From: Octopus sinensis
Taxonomy: Eukaryota
Direction of reading: 5' to 3'
Assembly: GCF_006345805.1 (NCBI RefSeq)
Contig: NC_043000.1
Span: 120,652,001 to 120,716,000 of the forward strand
DNA length: 64,000 bases
Position 1 is the first letter of the stretch; the number at the start of each line of letters is the position of its first letter. The notes under the pieces were generated by a model, which saw only the letters and a list, made by a program, of their open reading frames with translations, had not been told where the DNA came from and did not search any database. Positions 25,638-38,378 of the stretch are shown here, piece after piece. The translations under genes were made by a program, and so were the position numbers.

Positions 25638-25815
25638 CATATATATACATATATACGACGGGCCTCTTTCAGTTTCCGTCTACCAAATCCACTCACAAAG
25701 CTTTGGTGGGCTCGAGGCTATAGTAGAAGACACTTGCCCAAGGTGCCACGCAGTGGGGCTGAGCCCGGGACCATGTGGTTGGTAAGCAATCTACTTAGCA
25801 CACAGCCACTCCTAC
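25545..25815 (-). mobile_element. Family B SINE (5' two-thirds)
   Basis: Family match. Confidence 0.8.
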
Positions 25816-26984
25816 ATACAGAAAGAAATTTTAAAATCAGTTGCATTTTGTATATCTCACTGAACGTGGATATACTGTAGAAAGTCACCAAACCGAGATA
25901 TTGATCTCGGGACAGAATCTCGTATGCAATTATAATACTAAAATGCACAGCAGTACATCAGTAGCAAACTAAAAGTGTCCAGCAGTAGCGCTGCTATTTT
26001 AAGCAAATACTGCATCGCTCTCTAATAACGAATTCATTTTCACAGTTACTCACAAAAACAAGCATAATACACAAATACGTGTCTACGCACACCATCAAAT
26101 TAAAAAGAAAACAACGGTTTTTGGCTTGACGAAATTTTTGGCGTGGCGCAAATATGTTCTCTGTGACGAAAACTAATAATTAGTAATTTTCTAGTCTGTC
26201 TGTTTATCAGGAATATCAGTTCAGGTATTTTCTTGAATTTTCACTGAGAAAATTAAATGAATAATAAATATCAGTACGATCCAGCGGCATAGCTAGGCTG
26301 CATGAACTGAGCATAAACTACAATTTATTTTGACACTTTCTTCCAGAATATTCTCAGCAGATTTACAATTTACATTTACTTGGTTGTTAATTAGCAAGGC
26401 TGCAATTTGAATTTGTGAATTTAAGCAATTGTAGATTGTTAAATTATGATACTAGTCCGTTAGAAAACCTCTGTTCATGGTAGAAGCAGCACACCATCGA
26501 AAAGGCATTGTTTATGGTCTATTTAATATGGCTGTCCTCTAAGAGACGACGATTCTGCCGTTTTAATCCCAGGAAGACATCTCCAGCTGGTTTACTCAAT
26601 GCGATTCTCTCACTCGATATTTATTGCAAGCAGCCGATAACTCCTGCCAGCCTAGCTCCAGACCCACCAGACCAAGTGGTTTCGATCTGCATTGGGTCTT
26701 CTCAGTGGTGGGTACAGTGTCATACAATCCCTGATTTTGTAACCAGGAAACTACATAAATTGCTTCATACATGTTCACGCAGGTAGACACATACATACAT
26801 ACATACATACATACATACATACAAACATACAAACATACATACACACATACATACCACACTGCAAAATGGATGCAAAACAGCATGATGCAACACAACATGA
26901 TGCATAGAATCCCATAAGGGACAGTTGTAGGATGGGTCACAACGATTGTTGTGCAGAATAATACCAACTACCTCATATGTTTAT

Positions 26985-27084
26985 NNNNNNNNNNNNNNNN
27001 NNNNNNNNNNNNNNNNNNNNNNNNNNNNNNNNNNNNNNNNNNNNNNNNNNNNNNNNNNNNNNNNNNNNNNNNNNNNNNNNNNNN
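26985..27084. other. Assembly gap (100 N)
   Basis: Seen directly. Confidence 0.99.
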
Positions 27085-27179
27085 ACGAGTGCACATGGTG
27101 AAAGGCGGATGTTTACGAAACAGAGCAAAGTGGGTTTTTTAAAGGCAAAAGAGTGGAGATAAGGTTGGTAACGCAACAG

Positions 27180-28640
27180 ATGTGTGTGTATGTGTGAGTG
27201 TGTGTGCGTGTGCGTGTGTGTATGTGTGTGTGTGGCGAGATGAAAAAATACAAAAAAATATATGTGTGTGTTAGTGTGTGCGTCTGTGTGTAGGCGTGTG
27301 AGGTAGGGCGAGACTAGTGGTCAGCTTAGCAGACAAGGTCAGTAGTAAGAAAAAGAAGGCAGGAGGAAGGGAGGGAGGGGAAGGGGTGGGGGCGTATGTA
27401 GCGTGCCAGCGTGTGTGAGTAGTAGTGGGTGTGTGTTTCCAGTGTCCGGGTGGTATTAATGGCGAGTAGATTGAATGTGTGTAAGAGTAATGTATATATT
27501 TAAGCAATGTGTGTATATGTGTGCGCGTGTGTGTAACGAAAAAAGGGGGGGGGGTTAAGGAAAAACGACTTCCAGCTGAGGGAAGATGGAGAGTGGTCCC
27601 GCGGAGACGGGCGTGGGAAAACCCAACGACACGCGACGGTCCCAGGAACGGGCGGGAGGTCTTGTCGGGTCCAAGAGCGAGGTGCCTGCGGCGCGTATGC
27701 GTGCGCGAACCGGCGCAAGCGCGTGCGTGCGCGCGCCTGCGAGTATGTGCTAAGTATGTATGTGTGTGGATGTGTGAGTGTGTCCTGTGTATGTCTGGGT
27801 GGCAGTGTGTCCGATGAATGTATGTGAGTATGTGTGTATGTATGTGTGTGCAATAGATGTATGTCCGTGTGTGTGTGTGTGTGTGTGTATGTGTGTGAGT
27901 GTGTATGTATGTACGTGTGGTGTGGGGAAGTGTGTGTATGTGCATGTGTGTGCGCGTACATACAGGTGTGTGAGTGAGTGTGTGTGTGTGTATGTATGTG
28001 TGAGTGTTTATGTATGTGTGTGTAGTATGCATGTATGTGTATTGGTGTATGTATGCGTGTGCGTATGTATGTATGTTACGTGCGTGTGTGTGTGTGTATG
28101 CGTGTAGGTGTGCGCGTGTGCATGCATGCATGCATGCATGTGCGTATGTGTGTGTGTGTGGGCATGTGTGTGGGTATATATGTATGTGCGTATATGTGTG
28201 TGTAGTGCGTACATGTGTGTGCGTGTGTATGCATGTGTGTGTATGTAGGTGTGTAGGCGTGTGTGTATAGGTGTATGTATGTAAAAATGTATGGGTTTGT
28301 CCGTGTATGTGTGTGTATGTATGTGTGTGTATGTAGGTGTGTGGGCGTGGTGTATATGTGTGTGTATGTAGGTGTGTGGGCGTGTGTATATAGGTGTATG
28401 TGTGTATGTCTGGGTGTGTCCGTGCATGTTTGTGGTGTTTGTGTGTATGCATGTGTATGTAGGTGTGTGTGTACGTGTGTAATGTATGTGTGTATGCGTG
28501 TGTATGCGTGCGTGTGTGTATGTAGGTGCGTGTGTATGTGTGTGGGTGTGTAGGTGTGTGTGTGCGTGTGCGTGTGCGTGTTTATGTTGGTGTGTGCGAT
28601 ATATATATATATATATGCATATATATATGTATGTATGCAT
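27180..28640. repeat. Degenerate (TG)n/(TGTA)n microsatellite block
   Basis: Seen directly; source of the His/Thr and Val/Cys ORFs. Confidence 0.9.
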
Positions 28641-28967
28641 ATATGTATATATCGTTAATGATATATATTCAGTGAGAATACAATATATTGAATTTCTAAT
28701 AAGTGCTCATGGTAGGTAAATGTCTAAAACAGTAAAGGTACTTAGACATTTAGTAAGATCGATTATGTATTATATTATAAGATATGAGCAGGAAAATTTC
28801 ATCAAAAAATCATCACTGAAGATATACGTCCAAAATAATATTGTATTAATGGATAGATGTATAAATATCTACGTCAGTATCTTTTTTACACAACATCTTT
28901 AAACAACAACTTTTTCATATATTCTTAAACAGCATTTGATTGACTACGTGGAAATTCCCCCTCTTTC

Positions 28968-29056
28968 TCTCTGACGATTGGATGTATTACCTAATAATGA
29001 TGATCAATTTTAGATTCCATTTCGAAGAGAAATACATTTATGAAACGATCGTAAGA
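28968..29056 (+). ncRNA. Degenerate type I hammerhead motif
   Basis: tct-CTGACGA-ttggatgtatt...aatacatttat-GAAA-cgatcg (palindrome)-TA-aga; short stem I and a U.U closing pair. Confidence 0.45.
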
Positions 29057-29208
29057 TATTTTTAACTTTTAAACTTTTTAAATAATCATACTTTATGTAT
29101 TTGTAAATCTATTCATTAATACAATATTATTTTGGAGGTATAGCTTCAGTGATGATTTTTTAATGTAATTTTCTTGCTCTTATTTTAATATACATATATG
29201 TATATATA

Positions 29209-29284
<76 letters not shown>

Positions 29285-29949
29285 ATATATATATACATAC
29301 ATATATAAACATACATATATGTATTGTAGCCGAGGCTGAATTTCCCGTTCAACCTTTCGGAGGTTGATAAGAATCAGCGGTGTACTAGGGTCGATGTTAT
29401 CGATTTAACCCCACCCCCGAAATTTCTGGCCTTGTGCCAAAATTTAAAACCTATAGTTATTAATAGATTAAGGCGGCGAGTCTTTAGAAGCATTAGCACG
29501 CGGGGGGGGGGAATGTTTAGCGGCCTTTCACCTGTCTTTACGTTCCGAGTTCAAATGTCCACAGAGGTCGACTTTGCGTTTCATCTTTTCGAATTCGAAA
29601 TCGACTTACTCTTCCCCAGAAATTGTTGTCCCGGTGCTAACATTATTTGTATTTATTAGATGGGATACATACTAACATTTGTTTTAACTAGTGCGGTCAT
29701 ATCACTGAAGGCTGTGTTTTAGATTCTTTTATGCCTCATCTCTTGTAACTTCATCTCGTAAATTGTTCCTTCATTTGTTTCGCTGCGGTTCTACATCCTA
29801 ACTAACAAAATAGAAACATTACATCGAGAGATATAAAGAGTTTTAATTGTGAAAATTAGTGATGCTTAGTGCAAAGCGTTTAGATTTGTTTTTTTTATTT
29901 TTTATTGATGTTCCGTTGTCTGGACACAGAATCCTGTGGTGATTTCTAG

Positions 29950-30013
29950 AATGATGCGAAGATGATGTTTGCCATCATCCGAGATTTAAAAACGAAAAGA
30001 AAACTCCTAAACG
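29950..30013 (+). CDS. Candidate short host exon
   Basis: gatttctag acceptor and acg|gtatct donor; NDAKMMFAIIRDLKTKRKLLN. Confidence 0.25.
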
Positions 30014-30624
30014 GTATCTTTGTGACGATTGTTAAAGATCACGAATAAATTGACGATGATGATGATGATGAAGATGTTGGAGTGGTGGTCATGTCGGTGG
30101 TGACGACTGCAACGAACGAGAAGATAATGGTTTTGGCAGTGATAGCGTTTGCCAACAATGCCGCACAAAAAGACATCATTGATCGAATCTCAATAACCAC
30201 TGATTGATAAATACTCCGTCGAATCGATAATCTATTTTGTCCACTTGCACTCAAGTTTACTATTTTCTCCTTCCGTTGCTGTATAATGACCTCAAAACTG
30301 AAACAGTACAAAATAAAGGTAGGATCCAGCTATACTCTTGTGGAAGTATCCTCCTTCATGTTCGAAGGGTTTGGGCTGTAACTCTGACTCGTCATTGCCG
30401 CCACGTCAGCCTGACACTGACCGGCAACTCTGTCAGTTTTGATTCTGACTGTATCCACTTGAGTGAACCGGAGTGATGTTCACGAATGTGATTCACCTAA
30501 GAACATTACCCACACTGTGAGTCGAACCCATGACGTTATTCCGGGAGCCTATTTGCACAGTCACTAAACCACGTACCTTTACAGGCCTGAAGTGACTAAC
30601 AACATAACTGTTGCACACTAGAGT

Positions 30625-30900
30625 GAAGACGCGTGGCTTAGTGGTTAGAGCGTCGAGCTCACAATCATAATGTAGTGAGTTCGATTCCCCGAACAGGGCT
30701 GTGTGCTCTGCTCTTGAGCAACACCCTTTATTTCACGTTGCTCCAGTTCATTCGGCTGTAGAAATGAGTTGCGACGTCACAGGTGCCAAGATGTATCGCC
30801 ATTTGTCTTACCCTTGGACAACTTCGCTGGCCAGGAGAGGGGAAGCTGGTGTGCATCGACGACTGCTGGTCTTCCATGAACAACCTTGCCCGGACTTATA
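30625..30900 (+). mobile_element. tRNA-derived SINE, family D
   Basis: gcgtggcttagtggttagagcg head and ttgagcaa...tttcacgttgctccag core; homologous to 53192-53522. Confidence 0.8.
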
Positions 30901-31619
30901 CATATGAGAGTATTGTAGTATATATATATATATATGTGTGTGTGTGTATATTTGATGTGTGTGTGTATTTGATGATAATGTGTCTCGCTCAAGTACACAG
31001 CGCGCCACCGGGACTCGAAATCAGGACCATACGATCGTGAACCTGATTATCCTGATGACTAAACTACGCACCGTCAGGAGGAGTTAATTAAACATTGCTC
31101 GTCACTGTCCTCGACTCCTCCAAATTGTGAACTTCGTTAGATAAATATTATTAAGCCCTCAATTCCTATTACTATTATTTGTTAACGTAAAGCGGATTTC
31201 GATGTAGAATGTGATGAATATATTGAGTAAGCACCATCGCCTAATATGACCGGATTACTGGATTAGACACGTGAGAGTAATTAGACACAAGTGGTTAATG
31301 AATCTCCGTTCAACAAATTAATACTTGTCATTTCATTTAATTAGGAATATAATATCAAAAATATTTATCTCCTATTACTTCATTATAATTCGCTATACTC
31401 CGGCTGCTTCATTGGTGAAGTCGTGTGCCCCAGCAGTTACAGTGTTACATTCATGATTGTAAGATAATGATTTCGATTCTCAGAGCTGGTGGCCCAAAGA
31501 CCAGAGTGCTACTGGTAGTAGGATTGTGGTTCAAAGGGTAAAGATCCAAACTTTGCCTTTCATCCTTTCGGAGTCAGTAAATTAAGTACCAGACAAGTAC
31601 TGGGGTCCCCACAAATCTC

Positions 31620-31870
31620 AAGAATTTGAACTCAGAACAGAAAGACACACGAAATACCTATTTCTTTACTACGCACAAGGTGCTAAACACAGAGAGGACA
31701 AACAAGGACAGACAAACGGATTAAGTCAATTATATCGACCCAGTGTGTAACTGGTACTTATTTAATCGACCCCGAAAGGATAAAAGGCAAAGTTGACCTC
31801 GGCGGAATTTGAACTCAGAACGTAGCGGCAGACGAAATACCGCTAAGCATTTCGTCCGCCGTGCTAACTC
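31620..31870 (-). mobile_element. Tailed family A SINE followed by a partial second SINE body starting at gtatttcg
   Basis: The minus-strand junction reads ...gtagtaaagaaatag|gtatttcgtgtgtctttctgttctgagttcaaattc. Confidence 0.8.
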
Positions 31871-32317
31871 ACACATATTAAGGCGGTGAACTGGCAGAAC
31901 CGTTAGCATGACGGAGAAAATGCTTCGCAGCGTTTCTCAGTCTGCAATCATATTCTACTTTTCATCTTTGTGGGATTGATAAAACAAGTACCAGTTGAAT
32001 ACTGGGGTTGATACAATGTACTAGCCTCAGTCCCACAAACTTTCAAAAGTTGTCCGTATATCAGAGGAGGATTATCAGCCAAACACGTGAATTGAAATAA
32101 ATGGAAGCGAGTATTGAAACCATATATCAACCTGAGGGAGATTAAGCGCTGCTCACCTTTGTTAGTCTCTTCTTAAAATCACATAAATTTTTGTCTACAC
32201 AAATATTTTGTAAAATAAAAATGGCTCCAGATTAAGGTTTAGGGAGCATGATGTTTGTGACTGATATGTCTCCGCAGACATTTTGTTATGTATTCGGCAA
32301 GAACAATTTATTCTGCA

Positions 32318-32438
32318 CTAGCAGTATAACCCAGCTTTCCCGAGATTAAGTTAGGATTATTAAGCTAATCAAGTTCATTATTTCAAAGCAAACTAAGTAA
32401 CATCGACCTCAAATCTGGGCGAAATCCGTTGAAATTGT

Positions 32439-32481
<43 letters not shown>

Positions 32482-32558
32482 GCAAGGCACATACACACAC
32501 GTTCGTAAGTACGTACACCTATTGCATACATGTTTTTCGTACGCATACATGTTCGTGT

Positions 32559-32615
<57 letters not shown>

Positions 32616-33030
32616 TGTGTGTGTGTGTGTGTATGTGTGTGTGTGTGTGTGTGTGTTTGTGTATGTGTGTGTGTGTGTGTGTGTGTTGCCCGTATATCAA
32701 CAAAACACTTTTTTCCACGATGGAAAAAAACAACAAAAGTCTTAACAAAAACTTACTCGTCCCTAGAAGGGGACTTAATTCCTGTTTGCAAACAATGGTG
32801 ATTTCTCCGACTTGAAAATTGTTAAAAGTTTTGGTTGAAAATTTATTTTTACTGCTATTCGCTGGTGCTTCTGGGGAAAATAAATTGACGAAAATACAGC
32901 TAGGATCATGACGAACGTCCTCCTAAGATTGGAGCAACATGCGTGCTAATTTGTGGACGTGCATAAATTACATTCACATACACACACACACACACACACA
33001 CATCCTGCCTTATATATATATATATACAGA
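32318..33030 (-). mobile_element. Non-autonomous Helitron-like element
   Basis: On the minus strand it begins a|TCtgtatatatatatataagg and ends gggaaagctgggttatactgCTAG|t: TC and CTAG termini, an A/T insertion site, a decayed subterminal hairpin and an internal microsatellite. Confidence 0.55.
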
Positions 33031-33964
33031 TTACATCAGCTTACCTAGCTCACTAAAGATTGTCAAAAAAAAATTTATCCAAATCTCTCATACGCCGAAT
33101 TTTATTACGTAATTTTTGTGAGGGTGCGTGGCTTAGTGATTAGAGCATGCGGTTCACGATCGTAAGGTTGTGAGTTCGATTTCCAGCGGTGCGCTCTGTC
33201 CTTGAGCAAGATACTTCATGCCTTGCTGTTCGAGTTCAGCTGGCAAAAATGAGTGTATCTGAATTTGAAAGGGCCAGACTTGTCATATTCTGTATGACGC
33301 TGAATCTCCCCGAGAACTACGTCAAAGGTACACGTGTCTGTGGTGTGTTCAGCAATTTACACATTAATTTCATGAGCAGGCTGTTCCGCTGATCGAATCG
33401 AATCAACTGGATCATTCGTCGTAACTGACAAAGCCTGGATCTTTACCTTTTGAACGACAGATTTACACCACCAGAAGTTCGTGTTGAAAAACAACGGCAG
33501 TAATTTTATTCAGCTGAATACACGTCATTGATTGGTTGAAATTACCGAAATAGGACTACTTTGATGTGAAAATACTTCGTAAATATGTTTTTCTCAAAAG
33601 AGTAAAATATGTTTTATATGACACATTCTACCAGCGTCCGAAGTTTGAAAGTGTTTTGTTACAAACAATTATTTTTTAAATCTGTAGGTCAAAAGGTAAA
33701 GATCCCGAAGTGCCAGTTGTGTTTTTTTTTATTTTCGTTTTTAAGTAAAAGGCCGAATCTTTACTAAGATGCGAAATCAGATGGAGCAGCGTTCAAGAAT
33801 TTGTTAAGTGTAACAATAATTAAGATAAAATTAACTTTTACAAACAGATCAAAACCGCTTTGCGGTTCTCAGCTAATCGAGAATATGCTATATATCGAAC
33901 GATACTCACCTCAGAACATACTAAGCAAAACATTACTCTTCAGACATTTGTGACAATTAACAGC

Positions 33965-34330
33965 AACGTCCGAGTGGTCAGGGCAGCGGATCGCGGTCGT
34001 AGGATCGCGGTTTCGTTTCACAGACCAGGCGTTGTGAGTGTTTATTGAGCAAAAACACCTAAAGCTCTACGAAGCTCCGGCAGAGGTTGGCGGCGAACCC
34101 TGCCGTACTCTTTCACCACAACTTTCTCTCGCTCTTTCTTCCTGTTTGTCTTGTACCTGTATTTCAAACGGCCAGCCTTATCACACGCTGAATCTCCACG
34201 AGAACTACGCCAAGGGTACGTATGTCTGTGGAATGTTGAGCCACTTACATGGTAATTTCACGAGCAGGCTGTTCCGTTGATCGGATCAACTGGAACCGTC
34301 GTCGTTATAACCGACGGAGTACCACGAGAT
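33965..34330 (+). mobile_element. tRNA-derived SINE, family C
   Basis: Homologous to 43230-43615. Confidence 0.8.
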
Positions 34331-34429
34331 ATCATTTAAAACATGATAGTTTCAGCTGGAGCGGCTTTGATCATAGATTCTTTCTCGTTCAGTTAAAACT
34401 GACGTGGACCATGAAAAACGATATCGTCA

Positions 34430-34975
34430 CCCTTTTCAGGCCTAGCCATTCTCATGGGTCCGATTTCCCGGTTTCTGTGGCTTATGTATTCACCCCAGCT
34501 GAACGGGACGCCAGTCCATCGCAGCGTTACTCAACAAACAAAGAGAGAGAGAGAGAGAGAGAGAGAATAAGTTGTAGCGAAAGAGTACAACAGGGGTCGC
34601 CACAACCCCCTGCCGCAGCCTCGTGGAGCTTTTAGGTGTTTTCTCTCAATAAAGATACACAACGCCCGGTCTGGGAATTGAAACCATGATCCTCCGACTA
34701 CGAGTCCACTGCCCTGACCACTGGGCTATTGTGCCTCCACAAATGCGCCCTTTTAAAGCCTAGCAAGGCTCATGGGCCCGGTTTCCCGGTTTCTATGGCG
34801 TATGTGTTCCCCAGCTGGACGGGACGCCAGTCCATCGCATCATTACTCATTTTTGCCAGTTAAGTGGAATGGAGCAACGTGAAATGAAGTGTTTTGCTCA
34901 AGAACACAACAATCGAAACCACACTATTACGATCATGATGCTGACACCCTATCCACTAAGCCACGCGCCTCCACG
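34430..34975 (-). mobile_element. Two adjacent tRNA-derived SINEs with a V-domain-like central segment
   Basis: Minus-strand gcgatggactggcgtcccgtccagctgggg resembles the V-SINE core; the shared gaaaccgggaaaccgg tail occurs twice. Confidence 0.65.
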
Positions 34976-35424
34976 AAACACGATATACCTTCAATTAATT
35001 CCCTTTCTGTTCAACTGACACCATTGCAGACATTCAGTATGTAAGCACTCACAAAAAAAAAGCAGAACTAAAAATAATTTTACAGCAGAAATAAATTAAA
35101 AATATACATAACTGTGTCATGTGAAGGCCTTACAATATGCATTACCTTGTGAGTAATTGCTTCAAATCGTATTGAGTTAATTATTCGGTATAATGCTAGC
35201 CCGGATAATAGTATTAACAGATTTCCACAAAAGTTTAACACTAAAAGCGAACGTTAAAAAATGAAATTACTGTAGGTATAATCGATGATAAACCACGTTT
35301 GTTTGAAAATAAATGTAAAGATTTTATAAACAAGGCTGCGCTGTGACAGGAGAATGGTACGAATAAATGTTGTATAAACAGATAATAGGAACATTTATCT
35401 AGTGTACTGCGTATTCATATATAT

Positions 35425-35461
<37 letters not shown>

Positions 35462-35547
35462 CACACACATTTATATATATATATATGTCTGTATCTATTT
35501 GCATATATAGACAGTAATACGTCTCACTGTCTTTATCTGTGTGTGTG

Positions 35548-35620
<73 letters not shown>

Positions 35621-35679
35621 TTTGTATATGAAGACATGTATACACATATACGTACATATAAATTCAATATATGTATATA

Positions 35680-35727
<48 letters not shown>

Positions 35728-36073
35728 TATACACATAGCAATTCCCAGTTGAAATGCAGATGAAAAAACAAAATGAAATTGGAGGCAGCACTGTAAATTA
35801 TATTCCAAATCTGCAATCAAATAAACACAAACACTCACACAAATTATATATATATATATATATATATACATGTAAGCGCATTCATACACACGTAACACAT
35901 TTTTGTATCTATGTATGTATGTTTGTGTGTGTGTGTGTGCATGCAAGTAGTAAAAGCACGAAATAATGTCTTAAGAGTTTGTGACAAAACAAAACAAAAA
36001 AAAAACAAAACAAAAAATAGGAAAAAAAAAACCCCAGAAAACAAAGCCACATTGCCAGTGTGATAGTAAATAG

Positions 36074-36168
36074 ATGAGTCAGCGAAAGAAGCTGCGCTGC
36101 GGAAGGAACTCAGCCAAATTGTCGACAGAAAAGGCAATATTTACCGACAGCTCTTTTATCATAAGAAC
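36074..36168 (+). CDS. Candidate short host exon
   Basis: Open frame ESAKEAALRKELSQIVDRKGNIYRQLFYHKN between ag and gt; weak pyrimidine tract; phase-compatible with the 29950 and 47627 candidates. Confidence 0.25.
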
Positions 36169-36607
36169 GTGATTTAACATACACTATAAAAAATAAGGAA
36201 AGAAAAGAATTGAAAGATTGTTTGAAATTGATAGTAACAACGATAAGTGTTTCCATAATTGTTTCTCGACATTAAAACTTCAAACTCAACTCGATCATCT
36301 ACACAAATATAGTGTTATAATGCTGGAAAAGAGGAAACTCTTAAGTATAAACGCAGATACAATACTTGAGGGTTTTTTTTTATCGGTTGTTTTATTTTCG
36401 TGAATTCTACTTTTGCAGTTTCAATATTATTATTTTTCCCCCTTTTTGCGATTTTATGTTATAACAAGATGGAACGGTTGAAATTGAACCCGTGTTGATC
36501 CTATTGATTTGACGAAATTGTGGACGTAGAATAAACTGCAACGGCTTGTCGTTGTTTATCCTATCCGTACCCGTAGGGGAATGGTGGAATCAATACTACA
36601 CTCTAAA

Positions 36608-36672
36608 AAGGCGGCGAGCAGGCAGAACCGTTAGCACGTCGGGCGAAATGCGTAGCCGTATTTCGTCTGCCG
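36608..36672 (+). mobile_element. 5' head of the family A SINE interrupted by the Tx1 LINE
   Basis: aaggcggcgagcaggcagaaccgttagcacgtcgggcgaaatgcgtagccgtatttcgtctgccg; the sequence resumes at 42038. Confidence 0.9.
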
Positions 36673-36836
36673 CACATGTGTTCGTGAAGTAAGAATTGCT
36701 GTTTCGTGGTGTTAATATTGTTAACAACTGTTGTTTCTTGTTAAACTGTTGAATAACTTAACTGTTGGAGTTTTCAATTGAAAACACTTAGTGCTTGTGG
36801 TAGCACGCGTTGTTCATTCCCCCTTTGGGGGGAAGA

Positions 36837-38367
36837 ATGTCGTCTAGCATGGAGCCTACCGTTGGAGCAGAAATACTTGTTTCTCCTGTTGAGAGGAGGA
36901 AATACATGTCCGGCGAGGAGCCAACTACAGACAAGGAAATAGGGGTTTCCCCCGCTACAAGAAGGAATAGCAGAGAGGATAATATATTTGATATTTTTGG
37001 AGATGTGTCTGAGAGCTCGTCAGAACTTTCACCAGAAGAGTTTCCGACTTTGCCAGAGAACAAAGGCATTGTGTCGAAGAGAATAATTGATGTGCCTAGC
37101 ATCCAGATAGAACCAAAAAATGGAAAAAAAGTTTTGCGTTGGCTGCTGGGGGTGGAACCCAGATACTGTCGACGAATAAAAGCGAAATTATAAAATACAG
37201 CAAAATGATGGAAATAAATGACAACAGTGTGAAAATTGAACCTCCGCAAAAGTTATTACAGGAAGAAAAGCAAAAAACAATAATTTTCAAAACATATTGT
37301 CTACAAAATAGAAAAAATTGAAAGAATGTCAGAAGAGAAAATAGAAAAGTGCTTAAAGCCAATATGGGCGACGTAGTATTTCTGAGAAGAGGAAAAAAAT
37401 TCGGAACGGTGGAAGTAAGGTTCACCAATAAAGAAATAGCACACAAGAACTCAGTGGAAACGTTGAAAACGAACGACGTGGAGTTAATACCCTATTATAT
37501 GGGGATGAGGACGTCGCGAATAAAATTACAAGGGTACCGCCAGAGGTCGAACCTATGTGGTTGTTGGCGGCAGTCCTAATCAAAGAGGTAGAAAAAATTA
37601 CTCTCCTCCAGGCTACCGCTACGGAAAACCCACGCTGGGATGGTAAAACAATTAATCTTCTCATTCAAGCGGACCCTAAAATAATTCAAACAATTCCTGA
37701 GACAATTGAGGTAGGGGAGGAGAACCTCGTGGTGTTTGTTGAGGGCCGAAAACCTCGATGTTTTTTATGTGGTCAATTAGGCCACATTCGAAGGAACTGC
37801 AAGGAAAATGAAGAAGAGGAGGAAGAGGAGAAAAAAGACAAAGAGGAAGAAGATAAAGAAGAAACAGATGAGAAAAAAACAACAAACAAAAGAAAAATAC
37901 AACCAGCACCCCAGCCGAGAGCGGCGACTACTACAGAACAACGACCAAAAAAGACTGCCAGAAGAGAAAAAAAAGAAGAAAAAGGCATAATAGCCGTATA
38001 CACTAAAGATACTGAGCTCATGAGAGACATTCAACTCATAAAGACTGTAAAAAAAATTGATAACCTTTCAGAGGAATTTATCAATTACGACATATATGAA
38101 GTCTCAAATAAGACTTATAGAATTCTACAAAATAAGTACAGAAAGACTGTATCTTCATTGAGATTAGATTTTAACAAGTCGATATTTCATGGATTACCAG
38201 CTCCGATCCCGCGAGAAAAGGAAAAGGTGGAGATTCCCCCTCCACCTGATAATTCTGTGTCGGTGGTGAGACGGGATTTTGACAAATCTATTTCCCAAGA
38301 CCGTCCACCTTCGACCCTGGATAAAAAAAAGGTGGAGGGTCCCCCCCCACCGGACAATCCTAATTAA
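36837..38367 (+). pseudogene. Tx1 ORF1 (gag-like zinc knuckle protein), frameshifted
   Basis: Pieces 36810-37193, 37349-37579 and 37555-38367; GRKPRCFLCGQLGHIRRNC, followed by a K/E-rich linker. Confidence 0.85.
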
Positions 38368-38378
38368 ACAGGTAAGTG

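Noticed and set aside
26508-26786. 92-aa plus-strand ORF with an overlapping minus-strand ORF
   Set aside because: No recognisable motif, both strands are open, and the splice boundaries are ambiguous; not supportable as a CDS.
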